Under the pieces are notes generated by a model. It did no database searches. It had not been told where the DNA came from and was given only the letters and a program-made list of their open reading frames with translations. Made by a program: the position numbers and the translations under genes. Of a stretch of DNA of 59,962 bases, positions 57,929-59,962 are shown piece by piece. Source of the DNA: Candidatus Omnitrophota bacterium. GTDB taxonomy: Bacteria > Omnitrophota > Gorgyraeia > Tantalellales > Tantalellaceae. How positions within the stretch are numbered: position 1 is the first letter of the stretch; every line of letters begins with the position of its first letter. The DNA is taken from NCBI GenBank assembly GCA_028715965.1, contig JAQUQS010000004.1, forward strand, positions 1-59,962, in the 5' to 3' direction.

Positions 57929-58309
57929 TTGAGGTCCATTTTTATGGCAGTCGCGGTGTGTATGATGGCAATGAATTTGGTCGGATGCGCGGAGATAGAT
58001 GTTCCGTCCCCCGGCCGCATGATAAAAGATCCATTAAGCGGAGGTTTGACCCGCGGCATGTCGAAGAGCCAGGTCATGAATATCTATGGCCAGCCTGGCG
58101 TAAAACGTACGGTCGAGTCCGCAGATTGGGGAGCGACAAGAGAGGAATGGTATTATAACGCCAAATATACCGGTCTTCCTGTAGGAGCAGGATATCTCAC
58201 TGAAGACCTGTATCTGTATTTTGACGGGGATAGCCTGACCAACATAAGCAAAACGCCGATAGGGACCAGTTCTACGGCAGACCAGGATGATACACAGCAG
58301 ATCAAATAA
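57929..58309 (+). CDS. BamE/SmpA-like lipoprotein
   Basis: Lipobox LVGC; GMSKSQVMNIYGQP...EEWYY; RBS AGGAGG before TTG. Confidence 0.7.
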   Translation: MRSIFMAVAVCMMAMNLVGCAEIDVPSPGRMIKDPLSGGLTRGMSKSQVMNIYGQPGVKRTVESADWGATREEWYYNAKYTGLPVGAGYLTEDLYLYFDGDSLTNISKTPIGTSSTADQDDTQQIK

Positions 58310-58351
58310 CGGCATCGCTGAACATTCATGTAATTAATAAGGAGAGTTAAC

Positions 58352-58705
58352 ATGTTTAGGACATTATGTAAGTCAAAGATCACCAACGCGGTCATTACAG
58401 GTAAGGAACTGCAATATGATGGCAGTATAGGGATCGATAAGACGATCATGGAAGCTTCGGATATATTGGCCGGAGAACAGGTACACGTGCTTAACGCGAA
58501 CAACGGAGAGCGTTTCACGACGTATGTTATAGAGGAAAAGCCGAATTCCGGACGGATCATACTGTATGGTCCCGCTGCCCGGAAAGGTGAGGTGGGGGAT
58601 GGTCTGGTCATTCTTTCCTATTGCTTGCTGGAAACGAAGGAAAGCCATAACTTTTCGATGAGGACCATATCTCTGGCAAAGAACAACCAATGCAAGATCA
58701 AGTAA
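58352..58705 (+). CDS. panD: Aspartate 1-decarboxylase proenzyme
   Basis: KSKI, YDGSIGID autocleavage site, NGERFTTYVI, GPAAR. Confidence 0.9.
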   Translation: MFRTLCKSKITNAVITGKELQYDGSIGIDKTIMEASDILAGEQVHVLNANNGERFTTYVIEEKPNSGRIILYGPAARKGEVGDGLVILSYCLLETKESHNFSMRTISLAKNNQCKIK

Positions 58706-59262
58706 TGGATGGATTATCTTTAAGGACATTCCCGGACGATTGTCTGAGAAAAAGGACGGAGCCAGTAACAGAGTTTGGAAAATGGCTTACTGATGTTTTG
58801 CGCGAAATGGCTAATATCATGTACCTGAACCAGGGGTGTGGTCTGGCCGCTCCCCAGGTCGGTCTCGACAAAAATATATTCGTCACGGATGTGGACGATG
58901 ACCTGTGTTTTTTCGTCAATCCCGAGATCGTAGAAAGATCGGCGGACCTGGAGGCCATGGACGAAGGATGCCTTAGCCTTCCAGGGGTGACCGTTAGGGT
59001 AAAACGTCCGGCAAGGATCCGGATACAGGCTCAGGACAGCAATGGGACCAGTTTTTTCAGGGATCTTGACGGTTTGGCCGCGAGAGCCGCGCAACATGAA
59101 TACGACCACCTTAACGGCCGGCTTATCATAGACAACCTGAATCCTATACAGGGTTTTATCGCGAAAAAGAAACTTATGAACATCAAGGCCAGCGCTGACG
59201 GCGCAATAAGAACATGTGAGGTGGTTTGCAATGCTCGAAAAAAAGATCGCGGAAGAACTTAA
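58705..59262 (+). CDS. def: Peptide deformylase
   Basis: GLAAPQVG, EGCLS, QHEYDH. Confidence 0.96.
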   Translation: MDGLSLRTFPDDCLRKRTEPVTEFGKWLTDVLREMANIMYLNQGCGLAAPQVGLDKNIFVTDVDDDLCFFVNPEIVERSADLEAMDEGCLSLPGVTVRVKRPARIRIQAQDSNGTSFFRDLDGLAARAAQHEYDHLNGRLIIDNLNPIQGFIAKKKLMNIKASADGAIRTCEVVCNARKKDRGRT

Positions 59263-59677
59263 TCTATCCCTGAAAAGCGGCGATAAGTTAAAATTATCCG
59301 TTTGCCGGATGATAATGTCGGAGATAAAGAATCGCAAGATCGAGGAGAGGACCAAGGACCATTTGTCCGACGATCTGACGATATCGGTAATACGTAAGAT
59401 GGTCAAACAACATCTTGAGTCCATCGACCAGTTCGAAAAAGGCGGCCGGTCCGACCTGGCGGATAAAGAGAAACAGGAACTTGTGATACTGGAGGGGTAT
59501 TTGCCCGCGCAGATGCCTGAGGGAGAGGTCTTAGTAGTGGTTGAGGATGTCGTGAGATCGACAGGCGCTTCCTCTGTCAAGGATATGGGCCGTGTTATTA
59601 AAGAGGTTATGGCCCGGACGCAAGGACGCGCTGACGGAAAGACCGTCAGCGATATGGTTAGAAAAAGGTTGAACTAG
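59231..59677 (+). CDS. GatB/YqeY domain protein
   Basis: KQHLESIDQFEKGGR.DL, YLPAQM, DMGRVIK, GRADGK. Confidence 0.93.
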   Translation: MLEKKIAEELNLSLKSGDKLKLSVCRMIMSEIKNRKIEERTKDHLSDDLTISVIRKMVKQHLESIDQFEKGGRSDLADKEKQELVILEGYLPAQMPEGEVLVVVEDVVRSTGASSVKDMGRVIKEVMARTQGRADGKTVSDMVRKRLN

Positions 59678-59704
59678 TTATACAAGACGAAAGGGGAGAA
59701 AAGG

Positions 59705-59962
59705 ATGAACGCTAACACGACCAGAAAGATATTCGCGGCCATAGGCGTAGTTGTCCTGGTGGCGGGTATAGGGGCTTTGACCTGCAGCGCGGAAAGCGCA
59801 AAAAAAAGCCTTAAGGAAAAAGCTAAAGACGCTGGAAGGGCTACGATAAATTACCCGGCTAATGTAGTAAAAGAATCAGCCGATATCGTAGGCTCGGCCG
59901 CCAAGGGGACTGTAAATACCGTCGGCAATACGCTTAACGCTACCGGCCAGACCTTGACGGGG
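59705..59962 (+). CDS. Exported hypothetical protein, 3'-truncated by window edge
   Basis: Open frame from ATG 59705 (MNANTTRKIFAAIGVVVLVAGIGALTCSA...) after RBS GGGGAG; signal-peptide-like start. Confidence 0.7.
   Translation, partial: MNANTTRKIFAAIGVVVLVAGIGALTCSAESAKKSLKEKAKDAGRATINYPANVVKESADIVGSAAKGTVNTVGNTLNATGQTLTG

Overview
A 60-kb bacterial chromosomal window, mostly housekeeping genes, with one ~20-kb accessory island. The taxon is possibly Omnitrophota or another PVC-related lineage; this is inferred from gene content only. Left backbone: pnp (partial), dut, uppP, ftsK, rodZ-like, rimO, pgsA, pgpA. The island (~9.4-29.0 kb) lies between two clusters of short palindromic repeats. 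It opens with a small HTH regulator and a dissociated type II FAS/PKS-like cluster: a catalytically dead KS (chain-length-factor-like), FabG, ACP, FabF, a phytoene-dehydrogenase-family oxidoreductase, a third KS and two flavodoxin-fold proteins. This runs straight into a multi-TM/GAF histidine kinase, two stand-alone receivers and a GAF-HD-GYP protein. Next come three tandem membrane-sensor kinases whose sensors are divergent and AT-rich but whose kinase cores are near-identical and mosaic, with a chimeric oxidoreductase remnant between two of them. A convergent XRE-cupin/receiver/kinase module closes the island. My main hypothesis is a polymorphic lipid-signal synthase plus receptor array feeding c-di-GMP. 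Right backbone: uvrA, TPR-ExbB-ExbD-TonB-like, tRNA-Ala(CGC) with an unusual A19-U56 elbow, MEMO-AMMECR1 fusion, rsmE, mtaB, cvpA, NIF3-like, dnaG, rpoD, small metabolic genes, PPi-type PFK, PilZ, a 33-aa Lys-rich mini-protein missed by the ORF track, tRNA(CAT), tRNA-Val(CAC), Zn-ribbon protein, rnhA, rnpB, DUF89, a probable pseudo-hydrolase, a second PilZ, a BamE-like lipoprotein, panD, def and yqeY. All family assignments come from motif recognition; no database searches were run.
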